A stretch of DNA of 64,000 bases, from assembly GCA_963674945.2 (NCBI GenBank), contig CAXXWQ010000001.1, positions 160,001-224,000 on the forward strand, read 5' to 3'. The stretch is from an uncultured Desulfosarcina sp. GTDB taxonomy: Bacteria > Desulfobacterota > Desulfobacteria > Desulfobacterales > Desulfosarcinaceae. Under the pieces are notes generated by a model, which did not search any database, was not told the DNA's origin, and saw nothing but the letters and a program-made list of their open reading frames with translations. The translations under genes and the position numbers were made by a program. Position 1 is the stretch's first letter. Each line of letters begins with the position of its first letter. Shown one piece after another: positions 53,749-63,097 of this stretch.

Positions 53749-55161
53749 CTATTCGCCTCCCGATCTTGCCTCTTTCAGTAGACGCAAGATGGTCGACCGA
53801 TCCGCATCGGGATGTTGGTTCAGCAGGTTGGCCACCTGCCGGGCCGTGTACGCGGTGGCGATGGAGGTGCCTGCGTAGGTTCCCGGGTCACCCTTGTACC
53901 CCACCGGCAGTTCCGCCAGACCCGGTGCGGAAACGGCCACGAAGTCGCCGAAATTGGACTGCTCCCATTTTTCTCCTTTTTGATCCAGCGCGCCAACTCC
54001 AATGACGCTGTCGTAGGCGGCCGGATAGACCGGGTTTCCCGAAGGGGTGTTGCCCGCCGCCGCCACGATCACCAATCCCTTTTTTACTGCATAATCGATG
54101 GCCGATTCCAGCAGAGGGCTTGGATTCTCCGTCCCCCAACTCAGGCTCAATACACGCGCGCCGTTTTCCATGGCATGGTCGATGGAGCGGATCAGCGTAT
54201 GGGTGGAGGTGAATCCGTTGTCGTCGAATGTTCGGATGGCCACCACCGGGCTTCCTGTGGATGGCTCGTTTTCCGTTCCCAAAGGATTGACCGCCCCCGA
54301 TGCGATAAGGGCCATTTGCGTGCCGTGGCCGGACTCGTCTCCCACGTCGGCGTCCAGTGCAATGGCGTCGTAGGTGTTCTGAACCAGGGGATTGGTCGCA
54401 TAATCGGGACGAAGTCCGCTGTCCATTACCGCGATGACGGTACCCCCCGTTGACGGTAGCAGTGACGAAGGCGGCGGCGGTGATTCGCCCGGGCGATGCG
54501 TCGGCCGGTCTCCCTCCAGCGGGTAGGCATAGTCCGGCTCGGCACGCTGGATTCCGGGGATGTCACCGATGGATTCGGCGATGGCCGGCACATCACTTCC
54601 ATGGGGAAGGCGCAGCCGAAGGATGCCAAGGGGCTCGTATCTGTCGATGACGCTGGCACCCAGGCGGTCCAAAAGGGTTGCCAGCTTTTTTTGCGACATC
54701 GCGGGACCCACCCGGATCAACAAAATGTCCTGCACGTGAAAGGCGCCATCTCCCTTGTGTGTCACGGCAAGATTGATTCGGTTTCGCAGCGGACGGATCC
54801 GTTCCTCTTGTCCCTTGTAAAAAATGCGAATCTCCCATAGCCGAGGTTCGTCGTCTCCGGACGCCCGGTCTTTTCTCCAGATGAGAGCATAGTCGACGGT
54901 TCGCAGCATGCTGGATATCGCCTGGTCGATGGGACGATCATGAAAGGACGCGGTGATTTTCGGGTTGATACTCGGATCGATGCGGATGCGGACTCCCTGG
55001 TCTGCCAGAGCGTTCAGGAGGGTGGTCAGCGGCTGTTCCTTCACTTCCAGTGTGAGCCGGTCGTTTTGCAAAAGGACCAGAGGCACAAACGCGTGCGTGA
55101 TCCCCGAAAAGGCCGGCAAGAAGATCGCCAGTAAGACGACATACAATTTTCGTCCGCTCAT
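53749..55161 (-). CDS. Exported S8 (subtilisin-like) peptidase with N-terminal STN-like domain
   Basis: AVMDSG, GHGT, AAAGN, GTSIA; N-terminal LTLEVKEQPL...ITASF. Confidence 0.85.
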   Translation of the reverse strand: MSGRKLYVVLLAIFLPAFSGITHAFVPLVLLQNDRLTLEVKEQPLTTLLNALADQGVRIRIDPSINPKITASFHDRPIDQAISSMLRTVDYALIWRKDRASGDDEPRLWEIRIFYKGQEERIRPLRNRINLAVTHKGDGAFHVQDILLIRVGPAMSQKKLATLLDRLGASVIDRYEPLGILRLRLPHGSDVPAIAESIGDIPGIQRAEPDYAYPLEGDRPTHRPGESPPPPSSLLPSTGGTVIAVMDSGLRPDYATNPLVQNTYDAIALDADVGDESGHGTQMALIASGAVNPLGTENEPSTGSPVVAIRTFDDNGFTSTHTLIRSIDHAMENGARVLSLSWGTENPSPLLESAIDYAVKKGLVIVAAAGNTPSGNPVYPAAYDSVIGVGALDQKGEKWEQSNFGDFVAVSAPGLAELPVGYKGDPGTYAGTSIATAYTARQVANLLNQHPDADRSTILRLLKEARSGGE

Positions 55162-55163
55162 GA

Positions 55164-58100
55164 TCAGGGGCCTTTCATTTGTTTTTGAAGGTCCTCTTCG
55201 TTCGTTGGTGTTGTTTTCGTTTTCGATTCACCCGTTGCCAACTCCGCCGCGCTTTCCACCAGTTTGAAGGGGGATTTCAGGGTTCTTTCCATGATTCCCA
55301 AAAGGCCCGTGCCAACGGCTTTGGGGGACATCGTCACAACATTCGGGTTGTTCAGGGTACCCCCCAGGTGCAGGGGGAAGGAGATCAGGGATCCACCGGC
55401 AATATAACCGATGATGGGCAATTTGTTAACGATCCGATCGACTGTTTTCAGAGGCGCGACCAAGAGTGCGATGTCCATCTCTTTATCCGCCAGGTCAATG
55501 CTTCCCTGACCGGTGATCGTAACGGCGTTCCCGTCGAGAAGGATTTCATCGATGACGAGTTTTCCGCCATCGATTCTTGCTTTCGCAAAGATACGGGAAT
55601 ATCCGAACCCCTTTTCCGCCAGGTCGGATCTCCCACCGGTGAAGATTTCTGTGATATTGAGGATGGAAAATACCTTCATCAGTACACTCGCATATACGAT
55701 CCTTCCGTTTTCGGAAGAAAATGTCAGTTCTCCTTTCAGCAATTGCGGGGATGCCTCACGGGTTGGCGGTAGATCAATGGTTCCGCTCAGATCGTATTGG
55801 GCGTTCGCCTCGATCGGGTGTTGAAACAGGCAGCGAAACGTCTTCTCCAGAGAGGCGCCCGTCGTCGAAGGTGTGACGTGCATGCTGAATCCATCGGGGG
55901 AAAAACCAATCTTTCCGATGGTGGCGATTTCGCACAGATCGGCCCGTTTCATCTCTATTTCCGTTGTCGTTCCATCTATCCGAACCTCTGATTCGATATC
56001 CGTCCAGGTATGACCGGCGTAAGAGAGGTCTGCAGCCCGTACGCGAACCGTCCCATGTGCCGTAACGGCCGGAACGGTCGTGTGGGGGGCATTCTCTTCC
56101 GGTTTCTTGCCTTCCGAGGCTGCAAACAGTCCGATCAACTGCTCGCTGATTCGGTCGGTATCCACATCGAGATCGAAGGAGATTCCATCCGGAGCGCGGG
56201 CGAGAAATCCATCTACGACAACAATACTGTCGCAGATGGCAATTTCCGAGGATGTGATGTTCAGCCTGGATTTATCTCCTTTTAAAAAAAAATGGTTGAT
56301 GTCCACGCGATCGAGGTCCCTGGGGAACAGGTGTACGCCCGTTCCCGAAAGCACTCCGGAAAGAGATGACTGGGTGGGTCTCTTCGCGTCGATGGTTGCT
56401 GAAAAATTACCCGTCAATCCACCGGAAAGGACGCGATTTTCCTTGAGAAGCCGGTCGGCGGTCTCTTTTTTGACATTTCCCGAAAAGGTCATCTCGAATC
56501 CTTCATCCAGTTGGCGGCCCGAGATCGTCGCCTTGGAGTGGCCATCCGAGAATCGGATGTCACGGAAATGCCATTTCCCCGACGTGTAGGTCACGTCGGC
56601 GGCAAGGGTCACTCCCCCGGCGGTATCCAATTCACCCATGAAGGAGAACATCCGGTCGTCATGTTTCGCGATGTTGACCCCACGCAAGGTTACGGGTGGT
56701 TTCAACTGAAGACGACGGGGAATGGGAAGGATCGTGCTCAGCCACCCGATGACGGCTTGCCCCATGGTGCCGTCGATGCGCCCGGTTGCCGATCCATGGT
56801 TTGCGATGCCCTGGGATTGGTACGAAGATACGAAACGGCCATCCAGAAAACGAACGCCCACATCCAATGCACTCTCATGATCGGCACCGTATGTCACCCG
56901 TCCACCTGAAAAGCAGATGGGAAAGGGTGTTAGGGGGGTGCTCATCCAGATCTCTTTTGGCGTTCCGGCGATTTCAAGATCCCAGTTTCCCGGTTTTGTG
57001 AGGGGGCCGGAAATCGTGACTGTGGATAGGTGCCCGAAGCCGATGATGGAGGCAATGTACTGTTTGAGACCGGCAATTTCCTCGAAGGAGGTCAACCAAT
57101 TGAAAAAGATTTCCATGTCGACCTCCACGTCCGGTGATGCGAGAAAGAGCGTGGACGGTCCTTCCCATTGGATGGCGCCATCGAGGCCGGCAAAATCGGC
57201 CCCCTTGAATCTGCCGTTGACATCGGAAAAGGTTACCTGCTTGTCCTTGTAGTTTACGTCACCGGTCATCCCTTCGATGTCGGCTTCGATGCCGATGATG
57301 GTGATACGACCGTCGGTCAGATGGCCGGTTGCTCCCATTGTCGTCTCTTCCCAGCCGTCGTCTTGGGACGTGAACGCTGCGAAATAGGTGACATCGGTCA
57401 AAATACCTTCCCGGGCCACAGAAAATGCCGTTTGGATCGAATCCAGATCGCCGAAAAGGTTACGGGTCACGCTACCGGCCACGGCCACGTCCAGCCGGTC
57501 GGCACTGGCACGAAACATCAGTGAGGTCCCATCTTTGTCTTTGGCGGGGCCGATGGTGATGCCGGCGGAAAGATCCAGTGCCGGTTTGGTGCTTTGTATC
57601 CGATCCAGCGAGACCGAGAGTGCCTGGCCGGAAAGATCATAGCCGCCTGACACGACGACCCCTTGAAGATCCAGTGATTGATTCTTTCGTTTGACGGATA
57701 AGGAGGGGAGACTGACATCGATCCGGCCATTCAGCGATTCCGGTCCGTGTATGGCGAACTCGGTTTTCACGGTCGCCAGACCGCTGGCGGTCCCGCGGAT
57801 GCCCCCCGGGCCAAGGTCATCAGCGATGGCATCGTGCTCCGTCAGCGCAGAGAGATTTACACCGGTAAGGGCGATCTTTCCTGTGGCAGAAAGGAAGGCG
57901 GTATCTGCATCCGCACCGATGGAGATTTCGTTTATCGAATCCGATCGACCCTTTACGGCCAGACGAAGGCGCTCACCATCGTTTTCCAAGATCGCATCGA
58001 TGGCGGTTACTTCGAATGTTCCCTTTTTTCGCGTTATCAGGGCGAGCTTTCCTTTGTCAATGTGCACATTCAATCCGGGATCGATCTTGGCCATGGTACC

Positions 58101-58550
58101 AAAGATACCCTGGATGGCCGAGGCAAGGGTTTTCGACAGGGAAGCAAAATCCGTCGGTGGGGTCGGCATCCGTACCGATTCGTCTGCCGGTTGGCGGTGA
58201 ATTTCCATGTCCGGTGAAAGCAGTGTCAGTTGCCGGATGCGAACCTCTCCCCTAAGGAGTGGAAGAATTTGCACATATACGGACAGTTTCTGTGCGTGAA
58301 CCGAAAAGTGATCCGGACGATACAGATGAATTCCTTGCGCCGCCACATGGGGCATGGGGAAATAGCCGATGGTCAGGCGTTCATAATCCAGGGTCCCGCC
58401 CGTAATTTGGGTGGCCTTGGTCTTGATATAGGTTCTTACCATCGTCCGGTTTGCCATGAGGTGGGTGACGACGACGGCGGTGACCACGATGGCCATTGTC
58501 ATACCGGCACAGGAAAGGGCGACGAGGAACAGTTTTTTGGTGCGGCGCAT
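55164..58550 (-). CDS. AsmA/YhdP-like bridge protein
   Basis: N-terminal TM, beta-rich body, C-terminal G.G.IDL...APLKTVD..V.KLPIIG. Confidence 0.85.
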   Translation of the reverse strand: MRRTKKLFLVALSCAGMTMAIVVTAVVVTHLMANRTMVRTYIKTKATQITGGTLDYERLTIGYFPMPHVAAQGIHLYRPDHFSVHAQKLSVYVQILPLLRGEVRIRQLTLLSPDMEIHRQPADESVRMPTPPTDFASLSKTLASAIQGIFGTMAKIDPGLNVHIDKGKLALITRKKGTFEVTAIDAILENDGERLRLAVKGRSDSINEISIGADADTAFLSATGKIALTGVNLSALTEHDAIADDLGPGGIRGTASGLATVKTEFAIHGPESLNGRIDVSLPSLSVKRKNQSLDLQGVVVSGGYDLSGQALSVSLDRIQSTKPALDLSAGITIGPAKDKDGTSLMFRASADRLDVAVAGSVTRNLFGDLDSIQTAFSVAREGILTDVTYFAAFTSQDDGWEETTMGATGHLTDGRITIIGIEADIEGMTGDVNYKDKQVTFSDVNGRFKGADFAGLDGAIQWEGPSTLFLASPDVEVDMEIFFNWLTSFEEIAGLKQYIASIIGFGHLSTVTISGPLTKPGNWDLEIAGTPKEIWMSTPLTPFPICFSGGRVTYGADHESALDVGVRFLDGRFVSSYQSQGIANHGSATGRIDGTMGQAVIGWLSTILPIPRRLQLKPPVTLRGVNIAKHDDRMFSFMGELDTAGGVTLAADVTYTSGKWHFRDIRFSDGHSKATISGRQLDEGFEMTFSGNVKKETADRLLKENRVLSGGLTGNFSATIDAKRPTQSSLSGVLSGTGVHLFPRDLDRVDINHFFLKGDKSRLNITSSEIAICDSIVVVDGFLARAPDGISFDLDVDTDRISEQLIGLFAASEGKKPEENAPHTTVPAVTAHGTVRVRAADLSYAGHTWTDIESEVRIDGTTTEIEMKRADLCEIATIGKIGFSPDGFSMHVTPSTTGASLEKTFRCLFQHPIEANAQYDLSGTIDLPPTREASPQLLKGELTFSSENGRIVYASVLMKVFSILNITEIFTGGRSDLAEKGFGYSRIFAKARIDGGKLVIDEILLDGNAVTITGQGSIDLADKEMDIALLVAPLKTVDRIVNKLPIIGYIAGGSLISFPLHLGGTLNNPNVVTMSPKAVGTGLLGIMERTLKSPFKLVESAAELATGESKTKTTPTNEEDLQKQMKGP

Positions 58551-59216
58551 TTAGTTTCCTTGGGATCGAGCCAGGAATTTACCCACCAACATGGCAATGA
58601 GAATGGTGAGGTACAATTGACCGAGGATGGCGATGAACAGAGACATGGATCGGGCCAGGTGTGAGATCGGCGTGACGTCTCCGTATCCTAAAGTGGTGAG
58701 GGTGACGAAACTGAAGTAGAGGAAATCGTGGGCTTGCGGTTCCCCTTGCCCCGCAAATTGGATGGCATGGCCCCCGGGCGGGTGTTGGAACGTATAGATA
58801 ATATCACATATGCGAAGCATGTATGCGCTCAATAGACCCAAAAGGAGGTATCCGTTAATGGCGCTGAGAATCGTCGTGGCCGTTACATTTGGGTTCCTGG
58901 CGATGTGACGGATCAGCAACACGACGATGCACAACAGAAAAAGCATCGTGCTGACAAAATCCATGAGCGCGATGAGGTCTGTCGCAAAAAAATGGTGGAT
59001 CCATGTGGTTGTTGCCGTCAGCGTACCCAAAGGGAGCAGAATCTTCAGCGTTTTGCCGGAAAAATCCAGGGAGAAGATGCCGGAATACAAGATGGCGGTC
59101 ATGATAATGTCCCGAAGCAGGAACCTTTTGGTGACGATCACGGGAAGCATGAAGACCGTCACCAAAAGGCATACCAAAAGGACGACGTTATTGCGGACCA
59201 GGTTCTTGAACTCCAT
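58551..59216 (-). CDS. Potassium-channel-family membrane protein
   Basis: YFSFVTLTTLGYGD filter motif. Confidence 0.9.
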   Translation of the reverse strand: MEFKNLVRNNVVLLVCLLVTVFMLPVIVTKRFLLRDIIMTAILYSGIFSLDFSGKTLKILLPLGTLTATTTWIHHFFATDLIALMDFVSTMLFLLCIVVLLIRHIARNPNVTATTILSAINGYLLLGLLSAYMLRICDIIYTFQHPPGGHAIQFAGQGEPQAHDFLYFSFVTLTTLGYGDVTPISHLARSMSLFIAILGQLYLTILIAMLVGKFLARSQGN

Positions 59217-60038
59217 CTACTTCAGGTTTTCCAGCCACGACGGATCTTCGATCCACTTGGCCTTGAGTTTGATCAGTTCATCGGATTCCCGCAAGGTATG
59301 CAGAAAGTTATTGAGCCAGTTGGTGAGATGTGCATCCCCCGGTGGGATGGCGATTCCTAACGGTTCATAGGTAAAGGGGGTGATCAGCGATACCAATCCT
59401 TCGTCGGGGTGACGAAGCAGGGACAACACACAGGCATGGTAATCGGCGACCATGGCGTCCACTTCGTTGTCCAGGACTTTTTTCACGGCATCTTCGTAAT
59501 TTTTCGTGGTGACCAAACGTGCCCTGGGCATCAGCGTCTCGATCAGCATTGCACTGGTGCTGCTCTCCAGGGCAACGTAGGCAAATGCCTCCGAATTGAG
59601 TTTCGCTGTGTCCTGGGTTGCCACGAGGGATTTGAATTTGGTCAACAGGGCCTTGCCCGTGATGTGATAGGGGCCGACGAAATCCACCTTGATATTTCGA
59701 TCCGGGGTTATGGTCATGCCGGATATCACCATGTCCACTTCATCGTTTCTAAGAGCCGGCAGCAGATCCGGAAAGGGTTTCACGATCAGGCTCAATTCCA
59801 CGTCCAGTGCTGCGGCCACGTATCGGCCCAAATCCACATCCAGTCCCATGGGCAGACCGGACTTGTCCAACATGTTCAATGGCGGCATGTTGGCCGAAGT
59901 TCCAACACGCAATACGCCGCTTTGGACGATACGATTCAGGTTGGACAAGGGCAACGCATCACCACCGGTGTGGGTGCATGCCATTGTGACCATAGCGAGT
60001 AAGAGTATAAGGTACCAGGGGCCCTTTGCTTGCTTCAT
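59217..60038 (-). CDS. Polar amino acid substrate-binding lipoprotein
   Basis: Lipobox TMAC; LRVGT, GLDVDL, SGMTITPDR. Confidence 0.9.
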   Translation of the reverse strand: MKQAKGPWYLILLLAMVTMACTHTGGDALPLSNLNRIVQSGVLRVGTSANMPPLNMLDKSGLPMGLDVDLGRYVAAALDVELSLIVKPFPDLLPALRNDEVDMVISGMTITPDRNIKVDFVGPYHITGKALLTKFKSLVATQDTAKLNSEAFAYVALESSTSAMLIETLMPRARLVTTKNYEDAVKKVLDNEVDAMVADYHACVLSLLRHPDEGLVSLITPFTYEPLGIAIPPGDAHLTNWLNNFLHTLRESDELIKLKAKWIEDPSWLENLK

Positions 60039-60257
60039 TACAATTCTCCTCACGTGATGGCAATTTTTAAGGAACGAACGATTACCGAAAAAAGTTATGG
60101 GATGAACAATTTGCGCTGTCACCGGGGCTGGTGATGTTGGCTGGACTCACGCAAACTTCGACGGGTTCATCAACTTTGGATACGCAAAAAATTTTCTACC
60201 ACAATGCCCCAAAAGGGTCAATGTGTCGGTTTTATGAAAAGCGTACTTAAACTTCGG

Positions 60258-60911
60258 TCAATCGATTTCCGGATAGATTATCTTTCGGCAGGGGGGACAA
60301 ATGGTATGGGAAAAATCGACTTCGGCGTGTTCGGCGACATATTCCTCGATGTTCCACCAGTTGCCATCATCGTCTCGAATCTTTTTACATCCTGAACAGA
60401 TGGGAAGAAGTCCGCGCAGCATCTGATTTTCCGCCTCCAGTGCCTGTTGATGACTGATGGCGGTTTCCAATTCCAGAAGCAGACGATCACGCTCCATCCT
60501 GAGGGCGTGTTGTTTGGAGATGTTGCGCATGATGCCGAACAATTGGGTCCGATCATTTTCATCTTTAAAGAATTTGGCCGTGATTTCAACCCAGAACGTG
60601 GAACCATCCTTGTGGGTAAGGGAAAATTCCGCCTTGCGTTTGACATTTTTCCCCAATTTGAATTTTCGATGCGCCTCGGTCAGGATCTCCATGGCTCGGC
60701 CAACACTTTGAGAAGCCATCTTTTCCAACAGATCCGGACGGCTGACCTCATCTGTCGTGTAGCCGCTGATCGCTTCGATGGATGGACTGATATAGGTAAA
60801 ACACATGTCTTCGATGTCCACCACCCAGATCACATCGACGATGGATTTTTCGATGACCTGATGCTGTTTTTCGTATTGAGAAATGATTTTTTCGATGGAA
60901 TCATTTATCAT
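60258..60911 (-). CDS. PAS-domain protein with C-terminal Cys/His motif
   Basis: PAS (YISPSIE..SGY, KDGS.FW), coiled coil, LLPICSGCKKIRD...SHTICPPC. Confidence 0.85.
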   Translation of the reverse strand: MINDSIEKIISQYEKQHQVIEKSIVDVIWVVDIEDMCFTYISPSIEAISGYTTDEVSRPDLLEKMASQSVGRAMEILTEAHRKFKLGKNVKRKAEFSLTHKDGSTFWVEITAKFFKDENDRTQLFGIMRNISKQHALRMERDRLLLELETAISHQQALEAENQMLRGLLPICSGCKKIRDDDGNWWNIEEYVAEHAEVDFSHTICPPCRKIIYPEID

Positions 60912-61070
60912 AATTATCTTTCCCTGTTTTGGACGATACGGCACTCGAACGCCGTACCTTATTATTCGACCAATGGCGGACGATCTTGAGAAAAACCAGC
61001 GATCTTTTTCCATGGCCCTTACCCGGCCAGTCACGACTGGGTTGGCATCGGTTGAATTGAAAACGCGATG

Positions 61071-62195
61071 TTATGATTGCAATTTTTTTTCGATCTTGTC
61101 CGCCAGGTCACCTCTGCCGCGGGCCTTCAACGGCTCGATGAGTTCCGTGTAGAAACTTTCTCTGCCACGAATGGTGATGGAAAAGGCATCCAGCCACGCC
61201 GGATCGACCCGATTGTCTGCAAAGGCGCCGGTTTTTCCCAAAAGGCCCAGCGTCTCCAGTTCCAGCATGGTTCGTACGCACTTTTCGCAACGGCCGCAGT
61301 TGAGCTTGTCCGGCACATTGGCCAGGCAGACGCGAAAATTTTGAAAGGCCACGTCCCACCCGGCGACGATCTCGATTTTTTCCATGCGGGACAACGAAAG
61401 ATCCCGATGACGGATGCGCAGGTCGAAGCTTCCGTACTCCGGATCCAGCAAGGGGTGGGAGCCACACGGATGAAGGTGTTCGATATCATAGGAGGAGGCG
61501 AGCCATGCCAGGGCGATGCGTGGCGAGAATGCATGGGCGGTGGCGGCCAGCACCGCCCCGAAGAAATAGTTGAGCCAAAGATCGCGTTCGTCGCACAGGT
61601 GGCGGATGTTCGTGTAGACGGGAATCAGGTTCATGCCTGCGTTTTCGGCCACCGGTGCCATGGCGGCCTTTGCCCGATCGAAGACGTGGTATTTGGCGCC
61701 CCGCTGGATCACGCCGCCGATATCGAAGCCATGGACCAGCAGGGCGTCTTTGGGATATCCGGGATGGTCCTGCGAGTATCGGTCCATAAGTCGCTTCAAT
61801 GCAGCCAGAGAATCCATGCCGCCGGACAAAAAAAGGGCGCTGTTTCGCTGCTTTTCGCCGTACCTGGGCGTTCGGGCGATGGGTGCTTCGATGGCAAGGG
61901 GGGTAAATCGCCCGCCGGTCCACTTTTCCATCAGGGCCATGACCGTTTCCAGCCCCTCCAACAGGCGGGGGCAGATGGTTTCGGAAATGGCCAGCCGCTC
62001 TTCTTTGAAGTGAAGCGCCGGAATGATGCAGCCTGCGGCAAAGGCGTGGGGATTGGCAGCGATATCATCGGCAAATGTCGATTCGGTCTCGATGAAGACC
62101 TCTTTGGGGGCAAGGTCGCACGATTCGAAGTGAACCAGGGCAGAGACCCGGGTCAGGCCTTCGGTCGTTCTTTCATGCAGATCGGACAGGATCAT
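61071..62195 (-). CDS. Hypothetical protein with PP-loop-like SGGxDS and CxxCxKC motifs
   Basis: LFLSGGMDS; RVC...NCGRCEKCVRT. Confidence 0.75.
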   Translation of the reverse strand: MILSDLHERTTEGLTRVSALVHFESCDLAPKEVFIETESTFADDIAANPHAFAAGCIIPALHFKEERLAISETICPRLLEGLETVMALMEKWTGGRFTPLAIEAPIARTPRYGEKQRNSALFLSGGMDSLAALKRLMDRYSQDHPGYPKDALLVHGFDIGGVIQRGAKYHVFDRAKAAMAPVAENAGMNLIPVYTNIRHLCDERDLWLNYFFGAVLAATAHAFSPRIALAWLASSYDIEHLHPCGSHPLLDPEYGSFDLRIRHRDLSLSRMEKIEIVAGWDVAFQNFRVCLANVPDKLNCGRCEKCVRTMLELETLGLLGKTGAFADNRVDPAWLDAFSITIRGRESFYTELIEPLKARGRGDLADKIEKKLQS

Positions 62196-63097
62196 CGGCG
62201 TTTTCCTTCTTTCTGGCGATAGCTGTGGACGGCGAACCGGACGATGCAACCGGCGATATCCATGCCAGTGGCCGCTTCCATGCCTTTGAATCCGGGTGAA
62301 TAGTTGACTTCGACGATATTCGGGTGTCCCTCGGCATCGATCATCATGTCCACCCCGGCTACATCGCAGCCCACGGTCGTTGCTGCGAAAGCGGCCATGT
62401 CTTTCAAATCGGCCGGAAGAGAGATGGGGTGAATCACCGCACCCAGGTGAAAATTGGATCTGAACTCTCCGTCCACCGGTTTCAGGACGCCGGCACAAAC
62501 CACCTCTTTGCCGATGACCAGCGCCCGGATGTCTTTTCGCCCGTCCGGTGGCAGGTAGCGCTGGAGGATCAGCCCCTTGCGACCATCCAACAAGGGCAGC
62601 GCGCGCGCCATGGCATCGTCTTGATCTGCGATACACATGACCCCTTCGCCCTGGCGCCCACTCGCCGGTTTGACCACTACCGGATAGCCGCCCAGCCGCC
62701 TCACCCCCTGGAAGAAACCCCGGGAACGGTTGATGAGAACCGTGTCGAGACAGGGCAGGCCGGCATGGGCAAGCACCTGGTGGGTGAGAAATTTATCCCT
62801 GGCGATGAAAATGGCTTCCGGTCCGTTGATCATATGAAGGCCCATGAAACAGAATTGACGGATCAGGGCCAGGCTGGATTCACCGATCTGTGCACCCTGA
62901 CGGGGCAGAATCACCTGGGGCAGGTCCGTGACAGTCTTCCCGGTGACGGTGAGTCTTTTTGCGATCACGTGGGGCCAAATCTTGTAGGGATGGATGAGGA
63001 TTCCCTCGAACCCTGCATTGACGGCCGCTTCCAGCAGCCGGCGATTGGGATGGTAGTCCGGGTCGCGGACGGAGACGATGCCGATACGGACGGTCAT
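62192..63097 (-). CDS. RimK-family ATP-grasp ligase
   Basis: RDKF, VVKP..G.QG.GV, DIR, EFRSNFHLG, GVD, EVNYSPG. Confidence 0.92.
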   Translation of the reverse strand: MTVRIGIVSVRDPDYHPNRRLLEAAVNAGFEGILIHPYKIWPHVIAKRLTVTGKTVTDLPQVILPRQGAQIGESSLALIRQFCFMGLHMINGPEAIFIARDKFLTHQVLAHAGLPCLDTVLINRSRGFFQGVRRLGGYPVVVKPASGRQGEGVMCIADQDDAMARALPLLDGRKGLILQRYLPPDGRKDIRALVIGKEVVCAGVLKPVDGEFRSNFHLGAVIHPISLPADLKDMAAFAATTVGCDVAGVDMMIDAEGHPNIVEVNYSPGFKGMEAATGMDIAGCIVRFAVHSYRQKEGKRR

